DNA of 64,000 nt from the human T2T-CHM13v2.0 reference genome, Homo sapiens. Positions 16,092-35,130 of the stretch are shown here, piece by piece. Both the position numbers and the translations under genes were made by a program. Below the pieces are notes generated by a model. It searched no databases and was not told the origin of the DNA. It saw nothing but the letters and a program-made list of their open reading frames with translations. Each line of letters starts with the position of its first letter. Position 1 is the first letter of the stretch. The stretch is taken from the NCBI RefSeq assembly GCF_009914755.1, contig NC_060935.1; one strand, 5' to 3'.

Positions 16092-18650
16092 AATTTACCT
16101 TTGGAATGTACAGATCCTCTTGTTTCACATAGGACATCTGAGACAATCTCCAGGACTGCAGTTGGTCTCTTTTCCTGGAAATTTATAAGAGGAAGATTAG
16201 TAGGATGCAATACAACCTCTGCATCTACAGCTGTTGTGAAAGTCACACCTCATATCCCTCTACTACCCAATCTAGATTCCTTTCACCCTCACCCCAGCCT
16301 CTCAACAGGTCTATGTGGCTTAACTGCTGGGCTCAATCAGTCACTCATACCTGAGGGGTATGAGTGACTTGGTCACCACACCCTCCTTAGGCTATGGATG
16401 CAGTACTTGTCCATTTACTATCAAAATTGAGCGGAGGAGTATCGCCCCAGTGGCCCACCTGTGGCCCTAAATAGAGCTTATCTTGGCCTGGAGAATGGCA
16501 CTTCATCCTTGTAGTACATCACCTCTGTATACCCTCAGGTAGTGGCACTGGCTGAGGCCCTGTGGGTGGGAAAGGTAAACCCTACCTGGAATATGTGTCA
16601 ATTCCAGTCAAGAAGAATTGCTGTCCTTTCCAGCATTGAGAGAATCCACTGAAATAAACCTGTGAAGTAGCTGGTTGCTAAGTGCTGCATTAGGACTCAG
16701 TATTGGTCTTTGTTGCTGGTGTGTGGGACCTTTGGCTGTGGCAGTAGCTGAACCAGCAATTGGGCCCATGCATTAGCTTCTCTTTTTATAAACCAACTGG
16801 ACTTGCACTTGTTTGCCCAGTGGCCAGAGGTTGGCTGACATCAAACGCCAGGTTATTCTGTCTACTTAGTTGTTAAATGCCTCTTCTGTGGATGGATGCC
16901 CTCTTGTGGACCTTAACATGGGATACAAATATCTTCACTCATCATGTTCTCTCCCATACATCTACCCACATGCCTCTTCTGCAGACTTGTATACAATCAT
17001 CCAATCTATTTCCTCCAGACCTCTGATCAACTAGCCAAGTCAATTGTCACTGCCTTTGAGTTTGTAACCTTGGTCCACTTCTCTTTTCATACAAAGTGAC
17101 TGGTACACTGCTCAAAGATTCCCCTGCATCAGCTTACTTATCTCCTTGAATTGGCCCTACATGGGTTCAATTCAAAATGTACTATTTAAGTCTTAAGATA
17201 GATTGATGCTGGAAGAATACAACCTTGTGACATGGTGGGTCTGATAGAATGAAAAACTGTTCTACCCTCATTGTCATTTGATGTTTCAAGATCAGATACT
17301 CTCAAGGGCTCAGCAGCACATTTGGAGCTGTTTATTGAGCACTATATAATTTTGTGCTATAGATGGTATGGCTTTGTGCAAGAACCCTCAGATCTACTTA
17401 TGATTCTCCTATTGGTGCTTGCTAGAAACTCCACACAGTGTCTTTTCCCACCAGAGATACCATAGGGTCTGCTGGGTCATATGGCCCAAGTGGCAAGGCT
17501 GTTTACACACAGTTTGGACCTGCTATAGAACATATCCTTCATCTGGGCCACACTGAAAGCTGGTATCCTTACAGGTTATGCAGTAAATCATCAGAGTACC
17601 ATTACCAAATGGGGCATAGGCTACCTCCAGGATTCAAAAAACCAGGTTTTGTGGTTGTTTTTTCATAATAGGAATCCAAGAGGAATAATTTGTGTTTTAC
17701 TTTGACAGACTTGTCCTAAGCTCCTCAATGGTCCCTTAAACATTTCATCGATCTGGTACATCTTTGAATCTTTATAGGATTTATCTCCCATCCTATACAG
17801 TGCATGTTTCTTACCAAGGCCTCCAATGTACTTCCACTTATTGATCATCTTGTTAATTAATTATGACCATTTAACTACTGTGATATTCTGCAGAATGTCC
17901 AGATGGTCCAGGTCCATTTGGACTGTATTAAGACAGAGAACAAGAGAGTGAACATGCCCTGGGGTAAGACTGTAGTAACTTTATACTGGTGTCTTTCCCA
18001 TATGATTGCAAATTGATTCTTATATTCCTTTCAGATAGGGTTAAAAAATGTGTTAATCAGGTCAGTAGCCTTATACCATACTAAGACGGTGCTAATTAGT
18101 TTTAGCCACATCTGGCACAGCAGCTGCATTTGGACCTACTACTTTGCTGATTTTGCTTTAGTCTACTTTCATCCTGCAGGACCGCTCTGGTTTTTGTAGG
18201 GCCCAGACTGGTAAATGAGGATATGATGTGGGTCACTATCTCTATATCCTTTAGGTCTTTAAGCATGACATTCTTCTCTTTTGTTCCTCCCAGGATGCAA
18301 TTTTATTTTTGGTTTACTATCTTTCTTGGGTTATAAGGGAGGAGTTTCAGAGGTTTCCACTTAGCCTGCTTAGTATGATATTTCTTGCTCCACAAACCAA
18401 GGAACCAATATGGAGGAAATAACCAGGTGGGTCCATAGAGCCAGTGGATCCACTGTGAGCCAAACCTGAGCCAGAATTCTTTCTATTAGTCGGCCTCCAT
18501 AAGCCCCATTCTAAAAAACTAAATTAAGGAAGAATAACCAGGCCTTTAGCCTTCTGACTATTCATTCATGATTTCTTTTGATGTTAAATATTTAACAATA
18601 TTCTTGTTGACAGTCTATCTTGCCCCTGGGAGTGCCATGTTCTATTAGTC

Positions 18651-18838
18651 TAGTGATTCTCAACTTGTGATTTCTAAACTAGCAACATTAGTATCACCAG
18701 AGAACTTATTTGTTATTCATTATAGCAGGTCCCAACTCAGAACTACTAAATCAGGAAGGCGGTGGGTGAATCTAGCAAGTTGTGTTTTTAAAAACCCTCC
18801 AGGTAATTCTGATGCATGCTGAAGTTTGAGAACAATGG
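18651..18838. mobile_element. MER5A DNA transposon inside the ERVL
   Basis: tagtgattctcaa...ccctccaggtaattctgatgcatgctgaagtttgagaac. Confidence 0.85.
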
Positions 18839-19159
18839 CATTAACTAATGCTTTAGCTCTCTTCAGGTCCAGACCTTCCTGGCTGCTACCCTCACCTTGC
18901 TGCTTAATACTGTGATTGCACTAATTTTGCTTCAGACACTTAAGCACAACCACCTGGCTCTAGAATCTCAGGATCACCATTGTTATCAGGGAGCCAGGTT
19001 CTGTAATAGCATCTCTTGTAGTCAGCTCAGGCCTGCAGGGGGTTGCCACCAATAGGTAGTGATAATTGCTCTCCTTCTCATCCACTTAGCTCATTGGTTA
19101 TTGCTTTGATAAATGGAGTGTTCTTCAGATCCTCCCATGGAACACAGCCGTATAGTAGG

Positions 19160-19512
19160 TGATATGATTTGGCTCTGTGTTCCTACCCAAATCTCATCTT
19201 GTAGCTCCCATAATTCCCAAGTATTGTGGGAGGGACCCGGTGGGAGGTGACTGAATCATGGGGGCAGGTCTTTCCCTTGCTGCTCTCATGATAGTGAATG
19301 GGTCTCACAAGATCTGATCGTTTTAAAAATGGCAGTTTCTCTACACAAGCTCTCTCTCTTGCTGCTGCCATGTAAGAAGTCCCTTTCACCTCTGTCATAA
19401 TTGTGAAGCCTCCTCAGCCACATGGAACTCTGAGTCCAATAAACTTCTTTCTTTTATAAATTGCCCAGTCTCAGGTATGTCTTTATCAGCAGCTTGAAAA
19501 CAGACAAATACA
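19160..19512 (+). mobile_element. THE1 (B/C-like) MaLR solo LTR
   Basis: tgatatgatttggctctgtg...aataca ends; perfect 5-bp TSD gtagg (19155 and 19513). Confidence 0.96.
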
Positions 19513-20080
19513 GTAGGTTTTCTGGCCTTTGATGTGGTATATATACCCTAGTCTGCCCATTTTTCTGAGCCTTTTGATTCCATCTTCTTCTGTCTACCAC
19601 AGCAGTTGTGGCATTTTACTTCACTTGCTATGAGCCATTGCTTTCTCCAAGCTTCCAAGTACTACCCTATCAGTGTGCTGGCATTATCTCCCAATCTTCC
19701 CCAATTAGGGCCCTGAGCTTGGTATATCAGACTTGCTAAGGTTGAAGGTGGAGAATTCAACATCCTTTGAAGCTCTGCTACTCTGATTCTTAAGTTTGTT
19801 TCTGCTCTCTAGCCACAGGAGAGGAGAAGAGAGGAGATACCACAAGGATATCTTCTGGTTTTTGTGATTAGCCTTTAATTGATGATTCATTACAGTAAGT
19901 GTCTTCCATCCAATTCCACACAGTGCTTATAATTACTACTTCCCCTGTATTTTCCAATGCTTTACAAGTTGCACCCACCAGTGCAGTCCCTTCCATTAGT
20001 ATTTCACCCCAATTCACCACTGAAAGTTTAAATAATTGCACCACTGCTGCATGCCTGGGGCCATCCATATCCCACCACAA

Positions 20081-20375
20081 GTGAACAAATGCTTTCATTT
20101 CTTTGGTTAAATACCTAGGGATGAAATTGTTGTAATGTCTTGTAAGTATGTATCTAGCTTTATAAGAAAACTGCCAAACTATTATTCAAGTTGGTTGTCC
20201 ATATCTACATTCAGCGATGAGGATTCTCATTGCTCTATATCCTCACCAACACTTGTTATTATTTTAAAAACAGCTATTTTAGAGGATGTGTAGTAATATC
20301 ATGTTGGGTTTCATTTGAATTTTTTTTTATGATTAATGATGTTTACTATCTTTTCATGTGCTGATAGTCATTTAT
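20081..20375 (-). mobile_element. L1ME/L1M 3' fragment
   Basis: ttcatttctttggttaaatacctagg...atcctcaccaacacttg. Confidence 0.75.
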
Positions 20376-20377
20376 AT

Positions 20378-20718
20378 TTGTCAGGATTCTCCAGAAAAAA
20401 AACAGGACCAATAGAAAACAGAATATTTACTTATTTATTATGAAGAATTGACTCATGCAATTATGGAGAGTGACAAGTCCCAAGATCTGTAGGACTCACA
20501 GGCTGGGGACCCAAGAGAGCCAATGGTGTAGTTCCAGCCTGAAAACCAACAGGCTCAAGATCCTGGCTCGACAGGAAGAGCCAATATTTCAATTAGAGTT
20601 CAAAGGCAGGAAATAGCTAATGTCTCAGTTCTATGTGAGACGGACAGGAGGAATTCTTTCTTACTTGGATAGGACCAACGCTTTTGTTCTATTCAGACCT
20701 TCAATTGATTGGATGAAA
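20378..20718 (-). mobile_element. MLT2 ERVL LTR (partial)
   Basis: tcaggattctccaga, aattgactcatgcaattatggag, ttctattcagaccttcaattgattggatga. Confidence 0.85.
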
Positions 20719-22264
20719 TGTGGTTTAGAGGAAACTTGCAAAACTAAACATGTTAAGCACCTGAACATTTCTAATGTTTTAAAATAATCTACAGGACAAA
20801 ACTCTTGCCTGTAGAATCAGATTTGGTAGGCTTAGAAGACGGCTGTTTGTTATCAGTGGTGGTGCAGTTCTGTTCCCTGTGCTTTCCCCAAAACAGTCAC
20901 ACAACCTGTACTGCAGGGAAGACTAGGAAGGATTCTAGGACTGCATTTTGCCTACAAAAAACTAAATTATAACATTTGTCTTGACAACAGTGTTGAAGAC
21001 AGTTCTAATACATAATAAGAGTTATTTAGCAAGTGTCTGAAGACTTTATAGTCAAATGAAATATTTATCCTGAAAATAATCCTATTGTGCCTCCCTAAGA
21101 AATTCAACTTTCTACTCTCCCAGACAACTATTTCACATCGTCTCTTCCCACCATCCTCCATATACTGATTAACCTTTTAGTGGAAGTTTCCATTATATGG
21201 CTATTTGACATCAGCCAATTTCAGGATTTGAACTGTCACTTCCCATATGTAAACTAAAATGTCATGAACACTGGTTTTTGACATCTCTATGTTAACAAGA
21301 AGACAAGAGGATTCTCAAGCCAATTTTTAAGAAGATAATGCATCTTTCTTGTTTGGAGTGATTGAAAAGGAAATACTGGAAAAGCAAAAGATGGCTTAAT
21401 GAAGTTTTGGGAAAAGATGTCAGTCTGTTTGTAGTAGCAGTGTTTTCATTATTTGGCTTTGATTGTTTCTGCTTTATTTTTGGAAAACAAAATCAACCTA
21501 ACAGCATGGCCTCTTGTAATGTTATCTTAGGGCCTCATATACTTCCATCCCTAGCGCCTCCTTCTGAAAGACAATCTCTTGGTGACAAGGGGCTTGAATT
21601 TAACGTCATGAGTAAGTTCTCAAAAATCTGTCACTGGCCTAACATCTAGGCTTACCATTAGTGGAAGTCAGTGATATGAGTTTGGGGAGTCTTTTCTGTT
21701 TGCTAAATTCTAAAATGTGCCTATATGCATGATCAGATGCTGTATGTAGGGAACACAGTTTCTCTATCCCACAGCCAGAATAAAGGTTGAAATGAACTTT
21801 AATGTTCATTGATTTCTGGGTTTTGGTCTCACTGACAACTAAATTTTTTTAAATGTTGGAATGCTAGAGGGTGGAGAACAGAAAAAGTTGCTAATTTTTA
21901 ATTTTGCCAATTAATAACATTCAACAAAACTGAACAAAGAATCCCCACTCTCTAAACATTCATAGTTCTCTTCTCACTTTTTAAAAAGGATAATTTAACA
22001 CAGAAGGACATAATAACATAGTCTTAGAATAGTTTCCCAAGAAAGAATGCTTGAAAAACTTACCCCCTACCCTGTCTACAACAGTCTCACACACTTGGGA
22101 ACCATGGATCTAATCCAACCATGCAGCTAATGTTCTACAAGATTCCATCCCAATGGTCAGAGTTTATTTGTAAAAGCTTTTAAAAACAGAGAACATGCTA
22201 TTTTTATAAATACTCCTGACGATTATATTAGATCTTTTAGAGGACATATAACATTGTTCTTCAT

Positions 22265-22530
22265 GATTATGTGACAAGCACTGCTAGATTCTTTGGCTAT
22301 AAAGATTCAAGATAGTTCCTGCCTTCAAAGAGTTCACAATCTAGTGACACAAAGACATATGTAATTATAATGCATGTGGTAAGAAGAAGTATAGAATTCA
22401 ACACACTTAGAGTGCACTAGGGATTGGGGTGAGGGAGTCTGGATCAGTAGGGCTTTCTGGAAGTAACCCTTTAGCCAGGCTAAGTGTGGGCAGGTGGAGG
22501 GAGCACAGACATAAAGAATAGCATGGGCAA
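22265..22530 (-). mobile_element. L2 fragment
   Basis: cctgccttcaaagagttcacaatctagt. Confidence 0.65.
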
Positions 22531-22534
22531 ATAA

Positions 22535-22770
22535 TCATCACTATTTGTGGTGCTTACTATGGGCCAGGCACTTTACATACATGATCTCAACTGATCTTTA
22601 GAACAGTCCCAAGAAGTAAATATTAATGCCTATAAATTACTGAAGCTCAGAGAGCTTAAGTAACCATCCCCCAAAGCCACTTGGCTAGTAAGGGGGAAGA
22701 GTCTGAGTTGCAGACAAGCCAATCTGACTTGCCCAAAGCCCTTGCATTTAGTAGCGATGCTATATTGTTA
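22535..22770 (-). mobile_element. MIR
   Basis: gcttactatgggccaggcac...ctgaagctcagagagcttaagtaac. Confidence 0.8.
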
Positions 22771-23049
22771 AAGCACAGTGTGTTAAGGTTTTAAGGACAG
22801 TATGAAAATCCCTAAGACTATTAAGCTAAATTCACCTTTCTGTATTGGGCAGTTGGTCATCAGTATGAAAAAGCAGGACTCTGCATTAATTGCCATTAAA
22901 AATGTTTTGCTAGTAGAGGTCTGCATAACTGATATGGAAGCAGATAGTCCAGTATTTTCATTTTCACTCTTTCTGTAGAGCGAAAATGAAATCTCAAAAT
23001 GACATATTTTCCTTGTCTTCAACATTTGATGTAGGTTTTTTTTCCTTTA

Positions 23050-23268
23050 CATTTTTTATTGTGGGAAAAGACACACAACGTAAAATGTACCATCTTAGCC
23101 ATTTTTAAGTGCACCATTTGTGGTATTAAGCACATTCATAATATTGTGCCACCATCAGCATCATCCATCTCTATAATTCTTTTCATCTTGCAAAACTGAA
23201 ACTCTGTACTCATTAAATTAAATAGTAACTTCCCATTTCCCTCTCTTCTCAGCCCCTGGCAGCCAACT
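23050..23268 (-). mobile_element. L1MB 3' end
   Basis: taaaatgtaccatcttagccatttttaagtg...aaactgaaactctgtac...cagcccctggcagcca. Confidence 0.85.
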
Positions 23269-23506
23269 AGTATAGTTTTAAAATTTAAAAAAAATCTCTA
23301 AAAACCAACAAAAACTAGCATAAAGGTGACATAGTCAGATTATAATGAAAAAATGTTCATTTTTAACTTTGCCCTGTGGACATCTGGATAGTTTGTTATA
23401 TTTGGATTTAGAGACTGGATTCTAATTGTTTTATTTTATATATTTGCTTTCTCTTCCAGATTCAAGTCACCTACAAGTTGGTGGTGGTGGCAGTGGTGGT
23501 GGGGTA

Positions 23507-23530
23507 TGTGTGTGTGTGTGTGTGTGTGTG
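23507..23530 (+). repeat. (TG)12 microsatellite
   Basis: Read directly. Confidence 0.95.
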
Positions 23531-23744
23531 TTTGATCATGTGGTCATCTATACATTGGTAAATAGAGTTGAAGAAATGCCCCAGGGAACAGCTCATTCCC
23601 TATGCTGAGGTCCTTTGCCAAGAGAATCACACAAGCCTCAGGTTCTCAAAAAAGCCAATGCTCAAGCCGGCTTTCAGAGGAATGTCTCAAGGATGCTGGC
23701 CTTCCTGCAGGCTTCCCAGGCTCTAATAAAGCGAGCTTCATTAT

Positions 23745-23862
23745 CAGCCTTCTTGAGGGCAGAGTGACCCCTTATAGCCTCTTTGTGTCCCTGGAGGCAC
23801 CTTACACAATGCCTGGCCTATGCTAGATGTTCAGATGCGTACTTATTAAATCAAAATGAATT
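23745..23862 (+). mobile_element. L2 3' end
   Basis: cttgagggcagag...cacaatgcctggc. Confidence 0.6.
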
Positions 23863-23992
23863 AAACACAGAGTAGGACTATAACTGTTACTGCTTTGGAA
23901 AAGCATGGTCACTCTCTCAGACTTTTTTTGTGATTATTTTATTGTGATAATGACAAAAACTCTTTAACACAAGAGGATTTGTGTACCACTTC

Positions 23993-24750
23993 TTTTTTTT
24001 AAAATTTTACTTTAAGTTCTGGGATACATTTGCTGAAAGCGCAGGTTTGTTACATAGGTATACACGTGTCGTGGTGGTTTGCTGCGCCTATCAACCCGTC
24101 ATCTAGGTTTTAAGCACCCCATGCATTAGGTATTTGTCCTAATGCTCTCCATCCCCTATCCCCCACCCCCCGACAGGCCCTGGTGTGTGATGTTCCCCTG
24201 CCTGTGTACATGTGTTCTCATTGCTCAACCCCCACTTAAGAGTGAGAACATGCAGTGTTTGGTTTTCTGTTCCTGCTGAGGATTTGGTTTCCAAATAGTT
24301 TGCTGAGGATGATGGTTTCCAGCTTTATCCATGTCCCTGCAAAGGACAAGAACTCATTCTTCTTTATGGCTGCATAGTATTCCATGGTGTATATGTGCCA
24401 CATTTTCTTTATCCAGTCTATCATTGATGAGCATTTGGATTGGTTCCAAGTCTTTGCTATTGTAAATAGTGCTGCAATAAACATACATGTGCATGTGTCT
24501 TTATAGTAGAATGATTTGTAATCCTTTGCATATATATCCAGTAATGGGATTGCTGGGTCAAATGGTATTTCTGGTTCTAGATCCTTGAGGAATTGCCACA
24601 CTGTCTTCCACAATGGTTGAACTAATTTACACTCCCACTAACAGTGTAAAAGTGTTTCTATTTCTCCACATCCTCACCAGCATCTGTTGTTTCCAGACTT
24701 TTTAATGATTGCCATTCTAACTAGCGTGAGATGGTATCACACTGTGGTTT
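23993..24750 (-). mobile_element. L1PA (L1PA7/8-like) 3' end, 5'-truncated
   Basis: ttttactttaagttctgggataca; ORF 24236-24613(-) resembles the ORF2p C-terminus. Confidence 0.95.
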
Positions 24751-25234
24751 AAAAACACCAAGAAGAGAACACGTGAAATTGTATTTCTCTCTAGCCATAT
24801 GTAGTCTTAGATGAGGAAGAGTAACAAGGTGAAAGTTAATGGTGATAGAGTTTAAATAGGTAGGTAGAGGAGATGAAAAAATAAAAGGAACCAGTAAGGT
24901 TAGAAAAGTTGCTATGAGAGCTTATCCTCTAACTGTTCTTATCCACATCATGATAAATATGTTGAAGGTGCAGGGCTAAGAGCTGAGCTCTGAAGCTAGC
25001 CCCTAGAGACCTCCCTCCAAAATGAGGATCTATTAATCAGCCTCTTCTGAATATGACTATTTAACTGGTTTACTGTGGGCCTCCTTAATCTTATCCCCAA
25101 GGTTACAAGAGATCTCATAAAATCAGCAGTTGTCATCCAGATTCACCATGGTTGTTGACACTGTTGACCACAATTTTCTTTTTAAAAATGTAATAGACAT
25201 ATTAGGAACCTTTACCCAATAATTAGAGACCATG

Positions 25235-25876
25235 TGGTCAATTCTTGTGATTCGTGATAGTTATGTTCTATAAAGTCCCCATGAATGCCGACATGGCAAA
25301 TGTTGAATTATTGGTCCTGGGGGAAATATAAGGTTAAGTTCCTACAAACCTCTGACCATAATATTTTTATCACTCAATTCATATATCACTTTGTTTTATG
25401 TGTATTTCCATTTAAAGGCACCTTATTTAATATATATTATTGATTCATTAACATTGAGCAAGGCCAGTAGCACTATACCTTATGCCTGGAGGAAGCTTAT
25501 CTAACACGTATTTTCTGTGTAAGGTACATCATGTAGCCTTCTTGCAATTAAGGACACTAGACAGCACTTTATCATTGTTCTTGGAAGCCATTATAAATAA
25601 CAAAATCTCCAAGAAAAAGCACAATAATGCATGCAAAAATCGTGACACTGACTAGGTTGTGAAAAGGACATTTGTTTATAGTATAAGAGCTAAAACAAGA
25701 AGGCAGGATGTCACCTTGTTTGACCTCAGCTGGGAACGTGAGCATTGAACAACTCGATTTTTTACTGCTCTGTGCATGTCCTCAAATGACTGTGAATGCA
25801 CCGTGAGTATTGACTTTGGGATCACAAATTGTAGTAAGTGAATTCACAAATATGGAATCTGAATAGTGATCAACTA
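25235..25876 (+). mobile_element. MER82 (TcMar-Tigger) DNA transposon, near full length
   Basis: tagttatgttctataaagtc, gggaaatataaggttaagttcct; TIR-like ends ggtcaattc...gatcaacta. Confidence 0.85.
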
Positions 25877-26540
25877 TGTTCTTAAGCACATGAAGCATTT
25901 ACAAATATCGAGTACATTCTAGGTAAAATAAAAAACAAAACAAAACAAAGCAAAACAAAAACCAAAAAACTCAGCTATCAAAGGACTAGTATTACACAGA
26001 TTACATTGTGTGTCTACAGCCTAATTAAAGTAAAAACTGACCTTCTGTCACCTAAAAAAAAAACCCATTAGAACTAAATAATAATAGTAGTAATATAATT
26101 CAAAATGTGTGGGATATAATTAAAGCAGTAGATAAACAGAATTTTAAAAATATATATTTTAATATTTTTTGTAGGTTCAGGAGTACATGTGCAGGTTTGT
26201 TACATAGGTAAACTCATGATTTGAGGGTTTGTTGTACAGATTACTTCATAACCCAGGTACTAAGCATAGTACCCAATATTTTTTTTCCCTGAACCTCTCC
26301 CTCCTTCCATCCTACTCCCTCAAGTAGGCCCGGTGTCTGTTGTTCCCCTCTTTCTGTCTATATGTTCTCATTATTTAGCTCCCACTTGTAAGCGAGAACA
26401 TGTGGTATTTGATTTTCTGTTCCTGCATTAGTTTGCTAAGGATAATAGCCTGTCGTTCCATCCATGTTCCTGCAAAGGACACAATCTTATTCTTTATTTA
26501 TGACTGCATAGTATTCCATGGTGTATATGTACTACATTTT

Positions 26541-31780
<5,240 letters not shown>

Positions 31781-32434
31781 ATGTACCACATTTTCTTTAT
31801 TCAATCTATGTTGAAATGGGCTTTTAGGTTGATTCCATGTCTTTGCTACTGTGAATAGTGCTGCAATAAATGTATGTATGCATGTGTCTTTTTGGTAGTA
31901 CAATTTATATTCCTTTGGGTATATACCCAGTAGTAGGATTGCTGGGTGCAATGGTAGTTCTGGTTTTAGTCCTTTGAGGAATTGCCACACTGCCTTCCAC
32001 AATGGTTGAACTAATTTACACTCCCACCAACAGTGTATAAGTGTTCTCTTCTCTCTGCAACCTCAGCAGCATCTGTTATTTTTTGACTTTTTAGCAATAG
32101 CCATTCTGACTGGTGTGAGATGTTATCTCATTGTGGTTTTGATTTGCATTTCTCTAATAATTAGTAATATTGAGCATTTTTTTCACATGCTTGTTGGCCA
32201 CATGTATGTCTTCTTTTGAAAACTATCTGTTCAGGTATTTTGTCCACTTTTTAATTTTTTTTTTTTTTTGCTTGTATGTTTAAGTTCCTTGTAGATTCTG
32301 GATATTAGCCCTTTGCCACATGTACAGTTTGCAAATATTTTCTCCCATTCTGTAGGTTGCCTATTTACTCTGTTGATAGCTAGAGAATTTTTTATAGCTT
32401 TAAATGCTTTCATTTCAAAAGAAAAAAAAAGTGA

Positions 32435-32730
32435 GTCTGGGCAAGATGGCTCACACCTGTAATCCCAGCACTTTGGGAGGCTGAGGCAGGTGCATCACTT
32501 GAGGCCAGGAGTTTGAGACCAGCCTGGGAAACATGGCGAAACCCTGTCTCTACTAAAAATACAAAAAATTAGCCAGGAATTGTGGCGTATGCCTGTAATC
32601 CCAGCTATTTGGGTGGCTTAGGCATGAAAATCACTTGAACCTAGGAGACGGAGGTAGCAGTGAGCCAAGATTGTGCCACTACACTCCAGTCTCGGTGACA
32701 GAGCAAGACTCTATCTCAAAAAAAAAAAAA
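32435..32730 (+). mobile_element. Alu (old S, AluSz-like)
   Basis: Full dimer with A tail; TSD-like aaaaagtga / aaaaggtga. Confidence 0.96.
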
Positions 32731-34399
32731 GGTGAAATTTAATAAGCTAAGGGTAAAACTTGTTAGAAAAGAAACAAAACTGATCTAAGGAGATTAAAAG
32801 TAATGAGATAACAGACTAAAACCCTAGAAAAGCAAAAAATAAATATACTATAATTTAAATTAATATAGCCAAAAATTCATTAACACATCTCAAATGAAAC
32901 TGATCATGAAAAAAAAGGCAGAACAAAAAAATCTTAGGTATAAAAAGGGGTCAAAATCCAACATAGTAGAGTTAGTGAGACAATAATAAATTTTACATTT
33001 TGCCCACAAACTTTAAAACATATAGAAAATGAACATGTTATTCAAAGAGAAATAAAAAATCAAAGTAGCCCTATAACTTGAAAAAAAATTGCTCAGTAAT
33101 CAACAATCATCCTGGAATGAAAACACCTTACTAAATGACTTTGTAATTTCTACAAACTATAAAGAACAGACTATTTCAGTCCTATGCAAAGTCTTCAAGG
33201 TGACAGAAAAAAGGAGAAAACATTCCAACTCATTTTATAGTATTAAATAACCTTGATATCAAATTTGGACATAGTAAAATAAAAGTAAATCAAAGTCCAA
33301 TCCACTTATGAACAGAGATATTAAAGTATTAAACAAAATATTGGTAAATTGAATCCAGAAAGAATATATAATAATGTAATAGATCATGTTGAAAATGTTT
33401 TATCTCAGGAATTTGTGGTCAGAGTTATGTTAGAAAATCTAATAATGAATTTATTGCATTAATAGAAAGTAAAAATAAAAATGACAATATTCTCAATAGA
33501 TTTAGAAATATCATTTGATTAAAAGTTCTTTGGTAAATTAGGAACAGAAGAGGAAATCTACTTCAAGCTGCAGCAAATAGTTTATGTAATGGTAAAATGT
33601 TAGAAACATTCTTTGTTGAATCAGATATAACACAATGTTCTGAAGGTCCCCAAAATGAAATGAGCAAAAATTGTGCATGGGACTTCTCCAAGGGCTATTG
33701 TTATGGTAAGTGTGGTTTAAAGACAGCAACAACAGATGAAGTCCTGAACTGGTAAATCAAACCTACCCATTATCTTCTGTGGAAGGTCATTTTTTCCTTC
33801 TTCAGTTCTCCAGATTGTATCTGAATATTTTGAGTAAATAAGGGTTGAAGATGTTATTCTAGGATGGTTGGCTTAGGAGTTAAGTGACTCTAACTCTGAG
33901 CTGCCGGCAGTAGCCAAGCCTGGGTGGTTTCATATTCTATAGGAGTGATGGATCTGGAGCTAATCTCCGTGTTCATAAAATTCTTGACATCCAGATGCCA
34001 GCAGTTCACAGAAATATTTATCCACAGTGCTTATGAGGGGAAGCTCCTCATCAGAGACCTCCCTAAATCTCTCTAAGGCTGTAGCAGAGTAACGAAGATT
34101 TCTCAGTGTCTGAAGGGAATTGACTCTGGTTCTATGTGATCCCTAGTTTCCTTGGTCTTGTTAAACAGTGAACAGCTGTAGAACCTGGCTGAGCTCCCTG
34201 GGGAGGTTTTTATGGGCTGTGCTTGGGATGATTCCCTTTAAACCACTGGGAATATTAAGCTGTGCCTTTGGGGCCTGAATAGTGATAAATGGCATGTGGG
34301 ACGTGGGTAGCCTTCTGGGGAACAACCCATTCTTTCCTTCTTGACTGTCCATCTCTTAGGCATCACAGTGTTCTCTAACTTTTCCTCTTATCTTAAAAT

Positions 34400-34556
34400 A
34401 AGTTAGCAATCTAGATTGTCATATGTAAACTTCCAGCTTAAAATGGTGCCAACTAATTAAAACTGCTTTAAGAAACACTGTGTTGGCCAAACAACAATTG
34501 CTTGGTATGTATGATTTGTATGTATGATTTGTGAGCCAACATTTGTAACCCCTGTA
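34400..34556. mobile_element. Probable hAT-Charlie MITE fragment
   Basis: cactgtgttggccaaaca...gccaacatttgtaacccctg resembles a Charlie-type terminus. Confidence 0.4.
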
Positions 34557-34559
34557 CTA

Positions 34560-34665
34560 GGTTAAGATTGGCTGGGAAGGGCCATATTTGTCCTGTTCAC
34601 TGTTATATCCCTAGCACTTAGCACAGTGTCTAACATGGAGTAGGAGTTCTGTAATTGATGAATAA
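34560..34665 (+). mobile_element. L2 3' end
   Basis: tgttcactgttatatccctagcacttagcacagtgtct. Confidence 0.75.
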
Positions 34666-34709
34666 TAGAAAAATCAGCCCAGAAACATTGTCAAAGAGGA
34701 AATGAGAGG

Positions 34710-35130
34710 AGTTTAACTGGGCTTTTGTAAGCTATCACCAGTTTCTCTTCTGGGTGTTCACAAACCATTCCTTTTACAATCTAGAATGATGCCAAGTGAC
34801 ATAATCCACTTTTTTTCTCTTTAGAAAATTAGAATGCTATTTACCTTTACCTATTCTAGGCTTCCAAGACTCCTCAAAATATTTTTAGAGGCCACTGGTA
34901 TACCTAGAATAATTTTATTTGCAAGATTTCTGAATTCCTTCATTTTAATCCAGTTAGAAACTGGAACATATTGGGAACAGGCAGATTTCTTACAATCTCC
35001 ATACCTATCTAACCAATTTTATTCTAACCTTTTCAACATGGAGACCACTCTCCTTGAAAAGGCAGAAGTAAAACAGAAATTGAGCTGCGTTTTCTCTTTG
35101 TTATCCATTAACATTACACCATCATTTCTA
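34710..35130 (-). mobile_element. L3/CR1 ORF2 fragment (upstream of the RT core), inverted
   Basis: 35123-35052(-) translates DGVMLMDNKEKTQLNFCFTSAFSR (CR1 'EKAE.LN.FFASVF'); MVCEH at 34768-34754(-). Confidence 0.7.

Larger units (their letters stand above)
16092..20080 (-). mobile_element. HERV16/ERVL-like internal region (decayed gag-pro-pol)
   Basis: ORF 19868-20098(-) 'DGPRHAAVVQLFKLS..W..EG.AL' resembles the ERVL Gag N-terminus; minus strand near 17880-17915 reads DLDHLDILQNIT, which precedes YIDD in ERVL RT. Confidence 0.78.
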
